Below, piece by piece: positions 1-13,663 of a DNA stretch of 64,000 nucleotides. Location of the stretch: assembly GCA_951406725.2 (NCBI GenBank), contig OX597818.1, forward strand, positions 37,324,001 through 37,388,000, in the 5' to 3' direction. A program made the translations under genes and the position numbers. A model generated the notes under the pieces. That model was not told the DNA's origin and did not search any database. It worked only from the letters and a program-made list of their open reading frames with translations. The DNA comes from Octopus vulgaris. Taxonomy: Eukaryota. The stretch's first letter is position 1, and every line of letters starts with the position of its first letter.

Positions 1-264
1 TGATGATTTTTTCCCTCCTTAATAACAGCATTACTAGTAAAGAATGAGTTGATTTGTGAAATTTTTTTATTTAGTTATAGGTTTATTTTTATTTTCTAGT
101 ATGAGAGGAATAAGTTTTTATATTTATTTACTAGATTGACAGTTTTTGTTGTTTTTTTTTTTTTATTACAGCTGAATGCCTTTCTTTATTTACTCACCTA
201 TGAAATAGAAACTTACTCAAACTAGAAAACAGTTCTGTGACTTTCTCAAGGGAACAGTCAAATA

Positions 265-489
265 TAGTGCTTCCCAAACTGATAAATTCTAGCCCCACCC
301 ACAAAAAAAAATTTGTTTGCCCCTACCCTATTTCTATTTATGAGTAAACAAAATATAGTTTATGTCTTTAAAATTTTTTCATTCTTCATCATGGTGTGAG
401 CAAGTTTTAATACCAACTTAATTCTAATTGATATGACAATTTTTGTTTGCCCCTTTTTTAATTTTACCGCCCCTTTATAAGAAACACTG
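265..489. mobile_element. Degenerate hAT-like MITE
   Basis: Ends TAGTGCTTCCCAAAC ... AAGAAACACTG resemble CAGTGTTTCCC-type TIRs; no clean TSD. Confidence 0.3.
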
Positions 490-1084
490 ACTGACTTAAT
501 AGGTGTAATAAGGTTTGAACTCATGACCATGTAATCAAAAGCTTGGTGGTAATTGTGTCGGAAATTCCTTGCTACTTGTTTAATACCTAATACTTAGAAT
601 GTTTCTACATCGAAGAATATAACTTCTCTTTTAGAATTTTTACTCCCACCCAAAATATGACGGGCCATTCTTAACTTTTAACTTATTGACTGATTAAGTT
701 TCAGTGATAGAGCATAAGAAAACTGAAAATTTATCAATGGTTCCATGGTTTCCAGATCTGAGCTGGAATCTTTTAAAGTTATCTTAGCTTTACAATCTTC
801 CAGTTTCAAGTATTTGATTGCTTATCTTTATTATACTTGCTGGATCTAGAGGAAGAGGCTTTTGCAATACCTCGTGGGCTGGCAAGATTGATACTATTAA
901 TTTTCCTCTTGAACCTTTGTGAGTCGACAGGTGTAAGGAAAATGTAACCAGGGTGTATGTGTGTATGCGTTCATGCATGCACACTCACACATTCTAAGAC
1001 ATTGATTAATGAAATCAATATGTTACCCTCTTTCATCTAACTATCAGAAGCTTTATTATCATAGGAAAGTAAAACAGAATTTTT

Positions 1085-1690
1085 ATGCAGATAAGTTCTT
1101 TCAGTTATTGAAATATGTACCTACATATAACCTTACATACATTTTGAAACAATCATTTGAGCAAAGTTATATAGAATTCAATCAAAAAATAGGTACACTT
1201 TATGGAGAAAAAGAAACTCCTCTGAACAAAATTATATGCAATTCAATAAAAAAAAAAATGCAGGTTTTTAAGTTTAAGCAACAAGTATAAAAAATACAAA
1301 ATTACAAAAAAGCATCAATGGTTGACTACTTTATCTTCATCTTAAGAGCTTCTAATTCTTCCCTGTAACAATCAACACTACCATTACTGATCTTTTAACT
1401 TTAAGATCTCTGTTTAATATGGAGAACATTTTTCTTCAAGTTGTATAAATCATTGAATTAGATACCTGTGGTTCTGTTAACTCCTTAAGGTCTTCATGGA
1501 CGAGTGTCTTGTTACCAGAGTGCAATAAATCCTGAATATCGTCTTCATCAATTTACATTCTACTTGCACCATTTGTACAAGGCTGTTTATTGCTGATTGA
1601 GATTGCTTTCATCCTCAATCCTATCATCTTTATATACATTTAATGTACATCTTGGGCAGTGAAATGGCTTGAATTTATAACTATTGGATT
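1085..1690 (-). mobile_element. Tigger/pogo-type transposase relic (C-terminal part)
   Basis: Minus-strand fragments IDEDDIQDLLHSGNKTLVHEDLKEL and CYREELEALKMKIK*STIDAFF resemble the acidic C-terminus of Tigger transposases; interrupted by stops and frameshifts. Confidence 0.5.
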
Positions 1691-1699
1691 ACTGCTGGT

Positions 1700-2560
1700 T
1701 GTAATACCTGTTTTTAGAACAATTCTACTGTGCAGTGTCTCATCAGACATTTGTCTTTCATCATCTCTTCTGAAACCCAGCCTTTCATACCCAACATCTT
1801 CTTTTGTCACATCTTCCAGTCCTCTGTCTTTATGGGTATCCTGCCATCAGTTGCTCTCAACACTTTTTCCATGAGCACCCATCTGCTCTTCTACAAACTT
1901 CAGCAGAAGCCTTTAATGTGCAACCTCGTGGCTCACTTCTGCTCTGTCTCTCTATCATACTGCTTAACATTAGCCATTCAACATATCCTTGTTGCTTCAT
2001 TTCTCTCTACATTAACACCTATGTTTCATTATTGTACAGCAACACTTATTGTGCATACTTCATACTGCCTGCTTTTCTAATGAAGCAAAAATACACATTA
2101 CTGTAAACAAAGTTAACAATCCTTTAAACTTTTTCCATTCTTTTTCTTATTCTTGTTACTATATGTTCACTACAACTACATCCATTCCCAATTACATTAT
2201 CTACCAATTGTAAATTCACTCGATGTAGTGAACCACCTCAACAATTCATGAAATTCATTTCTTGGGTACCCCCCGCAACATTTTATTGTATTCCACATTT
2301 TGTGTATCCACTGCTTCCACTGAATACACAGCTTTGAATTCCTTATTTTCAGCCTGTATATCAAGCAAGGCTATTTTCCAACTGGCACTGGGATTTTGCT
2401 CTCACTTTTACTAACTGGCAATTTGATCTTTTCTACATTGATTTTTAAGCCTTAAATTTTAAACATTGCTTCCCTGTCTAGAACTTTTTCCCACTACTTC
2501 TCAACAGATTTTCTCTGAAGACCTGCTCATCAACATATAAAATCCATGTATGTAACAATC
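1700..2560 (-). mobile_element. Highly degraded RTE-like LINE fragment
   Basis: Patchy similarity to the better preserved LINE at 20295-22430; no intact ORF. Confidence 0.4.
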
Positions 2561-2589
2561 CAGATTCCATACTTTTGTGAATAGAAGCA

Positions 2590-2855
2590 ACCAATCCACA
2601 CTGTAAAGTGGTTGGCATTTGGAAGGGCATCCAGCTGTTAAAATCATGCCAAAATTAACCTCGCCTGTGCTAGTGTTACATAAAAAGCACTGAGTACACT
2701 CTGCAGAGTGGTTGGTGTTAGGAAGGGCATCCAGCTATAAAAACCCTGCCAAAACAAACATAGTAGCCTAGGGTAGTTTTCTACTTGACCAGCTCCTGTC
2801 AACCATTTTATCCATGCATGCATAGAAGATGGATGTTAATTGATAATGATGATGA
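2590..2855 (+). mobile_element. RTE LINE 3' UTR fragment with duplicated module and (GAT)n tail
   Basis: Two copies of AGTGGTTGG...GGAAGGGCATCCAGCTG, then CCATGC...GGATGTTAA and GATGATGA; matches the 3' end of the LINE at 20295-20520. Confidence 0.7.
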
Positions 2856-3229
2856 AGAAGAGAGTTGATGACAGAATCCTACTGGATATTTACCATGTTG
2901 CTAACCCTAAACTTTCTAACACCATCTTCATATATAAATTTCAGTCTTCACAAGGTTAATCTATGATTAGTGTAATACAGAGCAAGGGACATCGTTAAAA
3001 CCCTTCTTTGGCTTCATTGACGACTTGGTCCAGTTGTTCGAGAGGTCTTTAATTGTTCATCTTCAATTCATCTCTTTTTTTCCTTTGTAAGCATTTGATT
3101 GATACTACTTAATCAGTCAGTGCAGATGGTACCTTACTGAACTACCTGATTAAGTACCAGCCAATGAGGGATCCTCAATCTGGTTGTTTGACTTTTTAGA
3201 AAATAGCAACTAAATCTCTTGCAAATCAC

Positions 3230-4237
3230 GGTGAATGTTGACATTATAACCCAGAAACGAAATCGAAAAAAAAAAAATACTGCAACAGGTGTAAACCAAA
3301 AAAAAGGTGCAGAAAACGAATCTGAAAACAAAAATGTGTGGAGAGCAATGGGGGCAGGGAGGCCTTCGGAAAATTCACAAGATCTGATGTTTTTCCCTCG
3401 TAACTTTTAGGAAAATGGGTTTTTTCTTAATGAAATTTTATATAAATACCTTTCAAACAGTATAGATTATAATTATAAAGAAATTTGTGGGGAAAATCTT
3501 TTCTGAAAGGGTGGGGAGAGAACTTCGGAAAATTCACAAGATCCAATGCTTTTCTCTTTTAACTTTGAGGAAAATGGACATCTTTCTACTTCACACCCAT
3601 GTAGGAAACAAATCTGAAAATAAAAATGCGCAAAAAGCAACAGGTGGGGAGATGACTTCGGAAAATTCACACGATCCAAGTTTTTCCCTTGTAACTTTCG
3701 GGAAAATGGATATCTTTTAATGAAATTGTCTACAAATATCTTTTAAGCAGCATGCATTACGGATGCTTAATGTGCCGCAAACCCTTATTTTTCTTCAGAA
3801 AAAAGTAGGGTGGGAGGAAACTGGAATTATTGGAAACTGTTTTTCTTTTTTTTTTGATGAATGAATTACAGTGACCTAATATGCCACAAAACCCTTTTTT
3901 GTCCGGAAAACGGGGTCTGTTTCTTTCTTTAAAATTTTGCTAAATTTTTACAAGTGCACCTCTATAAAAATTAGTGGTAATGAAGTCTAGACGGGAGAGA
4001 GAAAGAATGTTACAAAATCCTTATAAAAGCCACGTTAGTGTTTGTGTGAAGCTAAGTATTATATTAAAACAAAATATCTTTTACATAGCTCTTAAAAATC
4101 ACTAGTTTTCAAATGGTATCCAATGTTTTTACTTTGCTTTAGCAATTTTTCATGCTGAAATTTTTGTTTTCAGATTCATTTTCTACACTTTTTTTTTTTT
4201 CCGAATTCGTTTCTGGGTAATAATGTCAACATTAACC
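3230..4237. mobile_element. Non-autonomous DNA transposon with GG-starting TIRs and 8-bp TSD (Merlin-like)
   Basis: Left GGTGAATGTTGACATTATAACCCAGAAACGAA and right TTCGTTTCTGGGTAATAATGTCAACATTAACC are inverted repeats; perfect TSD CAAATCAC at 3222-3229 and 4238-4245; three internal repeats TTCGGAAAATTCACAnGATC. Confidence 0.85.
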
Positions 4238-5119
4238 CAAATCACACCTACTGTCTTTTAAAATAGACAGATGTATTGGATAATGTAGTTTGATATGAAC
4301 TATGTCTGGAGAGATGAATTGGTCACAGATTAAATTTGTTGATCATTGTTCTTCTGGATCAAGGCAAACCCAAGACTAAACAACAAGCACCTGATTAAAT
4401 GAGTGACCAACATATGACCTGTTGCCTTCAATATCTTAATAGCTATCCCTTAACTGACCTACTTTGACATATGTCATAAGTGCCTTGATATAAGTCATAA
4501 CTTCAGTTTCCTTACTTCTCAAGTCATTCATTTATAAATGCTTCTATTCATGAAAGTTCAGGCAATTAACTTGATTTATTAGCTAATGGAGTATGAAAAT
4601 TACTAATGAAATATCAAAGTTCTTGTGCCAATCAATTATTAGATAAAGAAAACATGGATGATATGATTATTTTGAAGTGTAGTTGATTTAAATTTGCTAT
4701 TTGAATCCAGTGACACCAACTTTAAAATTTTGTCCTGATTTTCAAGGCAATTAATTTCATAGCTTCTTCTTTCGTAACTGATCTTATTCATTCTGCTTCA
4801 GGAACTGCATGAAATTTTACTCAGTACCAAGTTGTAATTGTCATAGATATAAAACTGGTGATTACAAAATATAGAGCAAAATGCTACAAAATATCAGACA
4901 ATTAAATACCAGGCAGCAGTCAAAATTACATTTTTATAGATAAACAATATTATTTTTCTCAACCAAAAATAATTCATAAGCACCTTATGCAAGACTATAT
5001 TTCAGAATCATATGTAGATTCGTAGGTAGTGTGGTAGCTATGCAATAAAAAATCATCTTTACTGTCATCTTTGACTAATATTAGGACTCATCATTTGGAT
5101 ACAAAGTTGATATATTTGT

Positions 5120-5293
5120 TTCAAACTTTTTGGCTGAAGGCCAGCTGTTTTACGGAAGGGAGTAAACCAATAACATTGACCCCAAAAGGATGAAATGCAA
5201 AGTTGATCATGACAGTATTTGAACTCAGAATGTAAAACCAGAAGAAATGCCGCTAAGCATTTTGCCCAGTATGCTAACATTTCTGCCAGCCCA
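5120..5293 (-). mobile_element. tRNA-headed SINE, family B
   Basis: Reverse complement of the 16961-type head (GCTGGCAGAAATGTTAGCA...TTCTGAGTTCAAAT...TTTCATCCTTTTGGGGTC). Confidence 0.75.
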
Positions 5294-5949
5294 CTCATTG
5301 CTTTACACAAAATTCGTATATTAACTTCAATAACATATTATTTTTCACTCAGGTTATTCGATCTTTTAGATCCAATCTGGATTATATTCTGTTTCATTTT
5401 AAACACACCTTAGTGTTATAGAGAGTATTGTTTAAATCAGAAGTCATTTACAGAGTGTACATATATGAAATTGCAAAGACATCTCAATTACATTCAAATT
5501 TATGAAGAAAGTAGTAGATATAGTATCATCCCGGCAGCTTCTTTCAATGTATCCTAATTGGAACCACTTATCTTCATAAGAGCTTAGTTTAGTTTCATTT
5601 GTATCTTCTTACAAATATGGTTTCCAAGCTTGCCTACAGTATTGAAGGTAAAACTGTTCAACTTGTATACTGCTGAGTATATTCAGACTTGTATGGTTTT
5701 CTGTGACAAATACAGATCCTATTTACTGTTTTTGTTTTTGACCTATGTGAAATTATATCTACTGCGTCGTTGATTTCAAAACCAGGTTTGTTCTTTTGTA
5801 AATATGATCGTGACTATTGCCAAGGAAGCAATCATACCAAGGATCTTTCTGCCCGTTATTGTGCAAAATGTCTATTATTCAGAAATTCTATAGTCTTGTA
5901 AAGTGAATGTAGTGACTGTGCATTAATGATGTTCAAGTTGTGACCGATG

Positions 5950-6150
5950 CCAATGTTTCATAACTGGCACCCATGCCAGTAGCACATAAAAAGCACTCAC
6001 TACACTCTTGGAGTGGTTGGCCTTAGGAAGGACATCCAGCTGTAGAAACTCTGCCAGATCAGATTGGAACCCGGTGCTGCTACTAGTTTTCAGTCAAACC
6101 GGCCAACTCATGGAAAATGGACATTAAATGATGATGAGGATGAGGATGAA
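5950..6150 (+). mobile_element. RTE LINE 3' UTR fragment
   Basis: AAAAGCACTCACTACACTCTTGGAGTGGTTGG...ACATTAAATGATGATGAG tail shared with other copies. Confidence 0.7.
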
Positions 6151-6950
6151 AGAAACAAGATTGACAGCACCCAATTTGAGAACGTTTTCAAGATCCCTGT
6201 TTATGGTGTAGCACAGGTTTGGCTTTAGGCATCTAGGTTACATGTGGGTGACATCTGGGTGTAGAAGTTTAGAGAGTGAGGAGTAGCATTATCCATGTTG
6301 TTAGGCATGGGTATGGGCAGTAGTGACAGCAGGTAGGTTGTTGATGTATTGAAGGTAAAATGTGAGGGATGAAACCAAACTAGGAGTGCATAGGAGTTGA
6401 TGACATGTGAGTTAGGGAAAAAAGCTATTAGTACATGGTGTGATCTAGGGGGAAGTCTCCTATCACAAAAGATGTGAGCAAGATGGGGTCCATAGACAAA
6501 CGGATTAGCTTCAAATTCTCATGCCAAACAGTCAAATACTTTGTAATTTCAAGTGAAGCAACATTGATTTCATCAAATTTCTTGAGGGTGATGGCACATG
6601 GATAAGAAGAGCAGGTCTCTGGTAAAAAGATAATCATTAAGAAAGAAGAACATGTCAAGATGTTGGATGTGGTTGTTGCTAATCACTTTCTTGTTCGTTT
6701 TTTAGATGTTGGAAGTGAGGGTGACAGAATCATAGATGGTAGGGCCAGAGAGGTTGCCCTTCTTGAGAATGCTGTAGCATGTTTCAAAACATCAGAGTAG
6801 ATTCTTGTTGAGAGAGGAATGTAGATTGAAGGGTTTGGTGAGGAGAGAGCCTAACTTTGGGGCATATTGTTTGACAGTAATGGAATGAACACTGAGGAGG
6901 TCGATCATCTGAAATAAAGGTATTTTCACACTTGGTATGTATGTACACAT
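6150..6950 (-). mobile_element. Possible degraded LINE endonuclease region
   Basis: ORF 6428-6658 contains VIGDF, like the APE-endonuclease GDFN motif; otherwise weak. Confidence 0.3.
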
Positions 6951-6984
6951 TAACAAATGATAGATAGATAGACAGACAGACTCC

Positions 6985-7445
6985 CGTGTTGATGGCACGC
7001 AAAAAGCACCATCCGAACATGGTCAATGCCAGGTCCGCCTGACTGGCTCCTGTGCTGGTGGCATATAAAAAGCACCAACCGATTGTGACCAGTGCCAGTA
7101 ACCCCTGACCTGCTCTTTGGCCGGTGACATGTAAAAAGCACCATCCAAATATGTTGGTTACCAGGCTCACCTTACTGGCTTCAGGGCCAGTGGCACATAA
7201 AAAGCACCATCCAAATGTGATTGTTGCCAGACCCGCCTTACTGGCCCCTATGCCGGTGGCATGTAAAAAGCACCCACTACATTCTCGGAGTGGTTGGTGT
7301 CATGAAGGGCATCCAGCTTTAGAAACTCTGCCAGACCAGATTGGAGCCTGGTGCAGCCGCTGGCTCTTCAGACCTCAGCTAAACCATCCAACCCATGCCA
7401 GCATGGAAAACAGACGTTAATCGGTGGTGGTGGTGGTGGCAGCAG
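6985..7445 (+). repeat. RTE LINE 3' UTR with five 66-bp tandem modules
   Basis: AAAAAGCACC at 7001, 7067, 7133, 7199 and 7265 (exact 66-bp period), followed by the standard RTE tail (CCAACCCATGCCAGCATGGAAAACAGACGTTAA). Confidence 0.85.
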
Positions 7446-7830
7446 CTTTGGACAGACAGACAGACAATAAGCTTGGTGGAATGGAACAGAATAGTTTCAG
7501 AAGAGTGTGTATATTGTGAAATGGGATACAAAGTAGACAGCAAATGTGGAGGCTCTCAAGTATTGTAGTCTGTTTTCTTTACCTAAACAATGCTCAGTAT
7601 TTGTTTGATATTTTTCAATATTATCTTTCACTGTCACCAAATATCCAGCCTAAACTAATTTTATGTTGTTTTTTTTTTTTTTTTGTTTTTTTTTATTATA
7701 ATCAGAACAATAATGCCAGCAGTTTGATTCTCACCTGAAAAATACAGACCCTAAATTTTTCCATCCGTTTTTAGCATGAAGTTTCAAGTGTTCTGAATTT
7801 TGTTATATTAAATGCTTCCCTGGTATTTAA

Positions 7831-8118
<288 letters not shown>

Positions 8119-8159
8119 TAGATCAAAATCTTTAAGTTTCAAATTTCCAGTAGTGTTTC

Positions 8160-8395
8160 TTGTGAGTGGATTTGGTAGACGGAAACTGAAAGAAGCCTGT
8201 CATAGATATGTATATATATATATGTGTGCGTGTTAGTATGTCTGTGTTTACGTCCCCATAACTTAGCAGTTCGGCAAAAGAGACCGATAGAATAAGTACT
8301 AGACTTACAAAGAATATGTCCTGGGGTCGATTTTCTCGACTAAAGGCGGTGCTCCAGCATGACCACAGTCAAATGACTGAAACAAGTAAAAAGAG
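8160..8395 (+). mobile_element. SINE family A, 3' half (CR1-type tail)
   Basis: TTGTGAGTGGATTTGGTAGACGGAAACTGAAAGAAGCC ... CAGTCAAATGACTGAAACAAGTAAA, as in copies at 31334 and 60482. Confidence 0.85.
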
Positions 8396-8587
8396 TATAT
8401 ATTTCTGAATAAAGTTGTATGAAACTTAATTCACTTCTGAAATGAAAATGTCAGCTTTTCCACTTTTTTAACCGCCTAGCTTAAACATAATAAAGTATTG
8501 CTTGTCAATTTGAAGTGAACACTGTCTGTAACTACTTAACTGAACCTAATGGCAGTTTCTTTTGGAGTTGAAAATATACTTTAGATT

Positions 8588-8962
8588 AGGTGCAGCATAA
8601 TTGCGGTTAAGAAGTTCACTTCTCAACCATGTGGACTCGGGTTCAGTCCCACTATGGATAACCTTAGGCAAGTGTCTTCTATTATAGCCCCAGACCAACC
8701 AGTGCCTTGTGAGTGGTTTGGTTTATGCAAACTGAAAGAAGCTCAACATGTGTGTGTGTTAGTGTCTCCTTATTTTGATGGCATATAACAGTTGTAAATG
8801 TCTCGTCTCTCATACAAGAGGCATCGTTCATTTCCAATCTTCTGGCCATGGGGAAATATAACATTGCATGGACATAGGTGAGGGTTTGTGAGAGAAGGGA
8901 CATCTAGTTGTACCCATGCAAACATGGAAAGTTGGATGTTAAAGCAATGATGAAAACGATGA
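8588..8962 (+). mobile_element. SINE family A head/body with RTE-type tail
   Basis: tRNA-like head with B box GGGTTCAGTCCC; ends ACCCATGCAAACATGGAAAGTTGGATGTTAAAGCAATGATGA. Confidence 0.75.
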
Positions 8963-8978
8963 TTAATTCAACTTTTAA

Positions 8979-9198
8979 CCCTTTAGCATTCAGATTAATT
9001 TGTTAAAAGTAATCCTTATTTATTCACATTAAAAAAAGTTTATCTGATATTATTTTGTAGCTTCAAGATAGGAAAGATGTAATTACTTATTTTTAGAATG
9101 ACATTGCAGGGTAGGTGTGAGATGCTGGTTCTGGCCAGTTTGAGCATAAAATGTGTAGAATATTCAGGCCGGATACAGCCGGTTTAAACACTAAAGGG
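8979..9198. mobile_element. piggyBac-type MITE family 1
   Basis: TTAA|CCCTTTAGCATT ... AAACACTAAAGGG|TTAA; homologous copies at 12832 and 42750. Confidence 0.85.
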
Positions 9199-9284
9199 TT
9201 AAACATGACCTGAACTCAGCCAACAAAGGTTTGAGATATAAGCAAACTACTGGCTTTAAACATGGGAAATTGTTATACTTTAAC

Positions 9285-9430
9285 TCTCAGAGTGGTTGGC
9301 GTTAGGAAGGGCATCCAACGTTAGAAACTCTGCCAGATCAGTATGCAGCCATCTGGTTCGCCAGTCCTCAGTCAAATCATCCAACCCATGCTAGCATGGA
9401 AAGCAGACGTTAAACGATGATGATGATGGT
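9285..9430 (+). mobile_element. RTE LINE 3' end fragment
   Basis: AGTGGTTGGCGTTAGGAAGGGCATCC ... GACGTTAAACGATGATGATG. Confidence 0.8.
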
Positions 9431-10821
9431 GTTGATGTCATGCAATACCAAAGCTCGTCTTCATAAAGTATATGTAAGAAATATATTGTAGAAAGCATAC
9501 ACAGTGAATTTAGAGCATCTGCAACAATTGCTACATGGGTTGTCTGTTGGATGCGCAATGTTTGCTTACAAAAAGGTGTGTCGACAGAGTTTGACTAACA
9601 TGGATAGATAATGTAAATTAATGGTACATATTAAGTGAAAGCATGATTTGCTCAAAAGTACTAAGATTTGAGAGGAAGTGGTTTGGTTAGGTACAAGAAG
9701 ATTAATCTTAATGGAGAAATGATGCTGAATTAAGATATGTAGATAAGAAACTGTATTGCAAACCTGAACGGCCATATCAGTGTTAAAAAAAATAAACCTG
9801 GTGATATTAGCAATATCAGAGAAGAGAAAGAAGTTGTTGGTAGAAGGGATAATGTACAGTAATAAAGAGAGAAAAAAATGAATGAAAAAACTGAATGAAA
9901 ATTGCAAGTTGATTTAGTGCAAATGAGTTGAGGAATCTCTTGAATATCAGAAGTCTAAGCATGTGCATCTAAGTTTAAATGGGAGATATACACTGGGTGA
10001 AGAAGTTCTTAGAGTGTTTACAAAGTAAAGAGATAAACCAGGGAAGACATAAACGATAGTTACTGCGAACTTTAAATAGTTAGGGCACTCTGATGAGGTA
10101 ATAAAGGATAGGGACTATAGAAAAAAAGTGACCCTTCTTGGATCAACTAATTCTGCAAGAGATAGGTTTTAAATCATTAATAAGAATACTAATTAAGAAC
10201 ATTGTAGACATTGTATGCCTCCCTTTTCTCTCTCTCTCCCTGAATAGGGAGGAGCGAGCCTGTTTTCTCTCGGTAGTTGCTATGGCGAAAGAAGTAGTAT
10301 GGAAGACGAGAGTGAAAGGAATTGCAACAGGCATGTTCATCTCCAGTCTCGAGCTAATCGACTTTTTAGTTTTCCACATGAAACGGAAAATAAGGCTGGA
10401 GAAGAAATGCCTGTTGCAAAGTGTGTTTCGTAAAAGATGGAAGTATATAGCAAGTATGTTGCGAGTGAAAGAACCTGTTTAATCGAGAATGTAAAAAGGG
10501 AGAAAGCAAAGTCTTCAGTGTGAGTATGTGGTTTGTGGGGTCAACTGCATCCTCCGCTTCATTTTTTGTTAATCACTCATTCTCATTTAATTGTATATAT
10601 TTTAATTGTTTGTTTATTCATACGTTTCGTCTCATTCGATACCCTGACCTCAACGTTTGTTTTGTCTGTCCTCGTATTGTCCCCTCTTTTTCTCAACCTT
10701 ATGGTGAATAAAGAAATACTCTCTCTCTCTATCTTTCTATTTATTGAGAACCATTTTTAATGAAATATATTTGTAGCACCTCCAAGTTCTTAAACATCAA
10801 ACTTCATTCTGTTCCATCTAG

Positions 10822-11085
<264 letters not shown>

Positions 11086-12831
11086 TAAATCATGTTTTCA
11101 TATCTTTCATAAAATGACATATACAACAACCTTTACTTAATATCAAAATTCTGTGTTTTGATGGCTAGACTATCAAAGATGTATTCTAAATAACTCCTCA
11201 CTGATCTAATTTGTCTTATACAAAAAAAAATAGAGAGTACATAGCTTTTGTCATTTTCCGTCATGTACTCATGACATTGATAGATTGATTTATTTGCTAA
11301 TTAATTAGTTAACTAATACACAACCCATAAAACATTTGAGTTTAGGGAGGATAGATTTGAAATTCCATAGATTGGCATTTATTTCAGAAATGTAAAGCTA
11401 CTACTGGTCTCTATTACTATATCCTTCCTTTCCTCTAATCTAACAACTTTATCAGGGTCCTAAAAGCATTATAACAGTGGTCTTTAATCCATACACAATC
11501 TAATTAGATCATTTACAAAGAGGTCATGAATTAATAACTATTCAAACCAAGATTTATTTTCATTTACTTTTATCCTGTAGATCTTAGCTGCCATCCAAAC
11601 CTAAATTCTGATATCATCTCATATAGAATTCTTCTCTTAAATAACTCTTCATGTATTCCTTATATGACACTGTTTTTCTCCCTACTCACATCCTTATTTC
11701 TTTTCAATTCATTAATCATGTTTTCTCAACCTCCTTTTAGTTGCACTTAGTCTCAAATCCACATTGCATATCAAATACATTTTTACTCTATCACTGCAAG
11801 TTGTCTTTTGGGCTCATATTTTATCACTAATTAGCATAAAATTCCTTAGTCACCCCTGTATTAAATCCACCTCTAGCACCTATTCTATGTAACCTCTTAT
11901 CCTCCAGTAATCTAAGCAGCCAAAAGTCTTCACTTCTTAGCTACGCTTTCTAATAGATGCCTCATCCTCATACAACATCCTCAAAATATTCATTTAACTA
12001 CCTACTCCTTTCCTACATATTAAATAGAACTAATTCTTTGATGAATCTTATATTGTGGCACCTACTTTTAAATAGTGCTTTAGATCCAACATTGCTCTCA
12101 TCTTTAAGCTCTTTGACCATTCTGGAAACTCATATTGTCTCCATGTAGAAATACCATAACATCCCATGGCTACAGTAAGGATTAACATGAAGAAAAGATG
12201 GAGGATGGTGTTAGCATCTTGACGACATCTAATCCTCATCGATATCATTTTATGTCCATTTCTTTCCTTGCTGGTTTGGATTAGATTTGTCTTCTCCAGT
12301 AAGGTATCTCAACACTTGTTGCAGTATGTCATCATTTCTTTCATGTGGTCCAGTGTCCTGAGATCAGATTTGACCAATTCTTCCCACATCCTTCTTGGTT
12401 TTCCACATCTGCAGAGTCCTAATCTAAATCTTAGCCTGCTCATTGAGTATACTGATAGTCAGGTACCAAAGCTTTCTCTTATTACTGAAATGCTCTTTTA
12501 AATTCTATTTGTTTGGTTGCTCCACCTGTTACAAATCGCTGCAATCCTTCAACTCATACCCTACCAGTTTAAATGTAGAAAACTCACATTAGCTTTGCTC
12601 CAGCATACCCCTAAAAATGGTAGGCTGGTCGCAGCTGAAATGCCCTTCATCATAGGTCTTGTTGGTGAGGGTTGATGTGGAGGCTAAACAACAGTTGCAA
12701 AAGTAGTTTTAACAAGAAAAATATATTTTTTTTTTTTGGCCAGTATTTAAAATTAGCTAAATTAGTGATTGGCAACGTTGCTATAAATTTTGATACTGGA
12801 ATTTGAATGTATCATTCTTTGTTTACTTTAA

Positions 12832-13015
12832 CCCTTTAGCATTCAGATTTCTCTGTCACATGTACAGCATATTTATTCACCTTATCTTTTAATGTCAAGA
12901 TTTTGATGATGTGACTGTTTATTTTTAGAATGACATTATAGGGTAAGTGTGAGGGGCAGGATCAGGACATTTTGAACATATATTGTCCAGATATGATCGG
13001 TTTAAATGCTAAGGG
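12832..13015. mobile_element. piggyBac-type MITE family 1
   Basis: TTAA|CCCTTTAGCATTCAGATT ... TTTAAATGCTAAGGG; colinear with 8979-9198. Confidence 0.8.
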
Positions 13016-13270
13016 TTTAAATTCATTCCCTCTTATATTTGTTTTAACCACCTCAAATCCAAGTCTTTTCACTGTTTTTGTACAATCATACACAAACCAC
13101 CATCCAATAAGCCAACAAGGAAATAGCTGTCAAATTATCTTAAATCCTACCTTACCATCTTTAAAAAGGAAGGAAACATTGGATAATATATTTCTGGCTG
13201 GAATAGTCATTGCTGAAACACTTTTGGTTATAGATCTGCTCAATCATGTCTGATTTGAGACTAAAGTAAT

Positions 13271-13663
13271 CTTTTATCTTTTACTTGTTTCAGTTATTAG
13301 ACTGCAGCCATTCTGGGGGCACCACTTTGAATTTTTTAATCAAATGAATTGACCCCAACATTTATTTTATTAAGCCTGCTACTTATTCTGTCAGTCTCTT
13401 TTGCCAAACTGCTAAGTTAGGAGGAACACAAACACACCAACACCAGTCATCAAGCAGTGGAGGTGGGGGATAAACACAGACACAAAGACACACACACATA
13501 TACACGATGGGCTTCTTTCAGTTTCCATCTACCAAATCCACTCACAAGGCTTTGGTTGGCCTAAAGCTATAGAAGACACTTACCCAAGGTGCCAAGCTGT
13601 GGGACTGAACCTGGAACCATGTGGTTGGGAAGTAAGCTTTTTACTACACTGCCACGCCTACAC
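13271..13663 (-). mobile_element. SINE family A (CR1-type tail)
   Basis: Reverse complement of the family A head, body and tail. Confidence 0.85.

Noticed and set aside
1009-1290. 93-aa ORF as an upstream DYRK1 exon
   Set aside because: No DYRK similarity; AT-rich and adjacent to a Tigger relic.
6985-7280. CRISPR-like array (regular repeat-spacer pattern)
   Set aside because: The apparent spacers are homologous to each other, the array runs into a LINE 3' tail, the DNA is eukaryotic and there are no cas genes.
10615-10660. Minus-strand GAC-GAAACGTA hammerhead-like half
   Set aside because: No CUGANGA-like core at the right position.
9430-10730. Host exons in ORFs 9566-9907, 10138-10482 and 10143-10379
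   Set aside because: No recognisable domain or in-frame splice fit; probably decayed retroelement sequence that I cannot classify.
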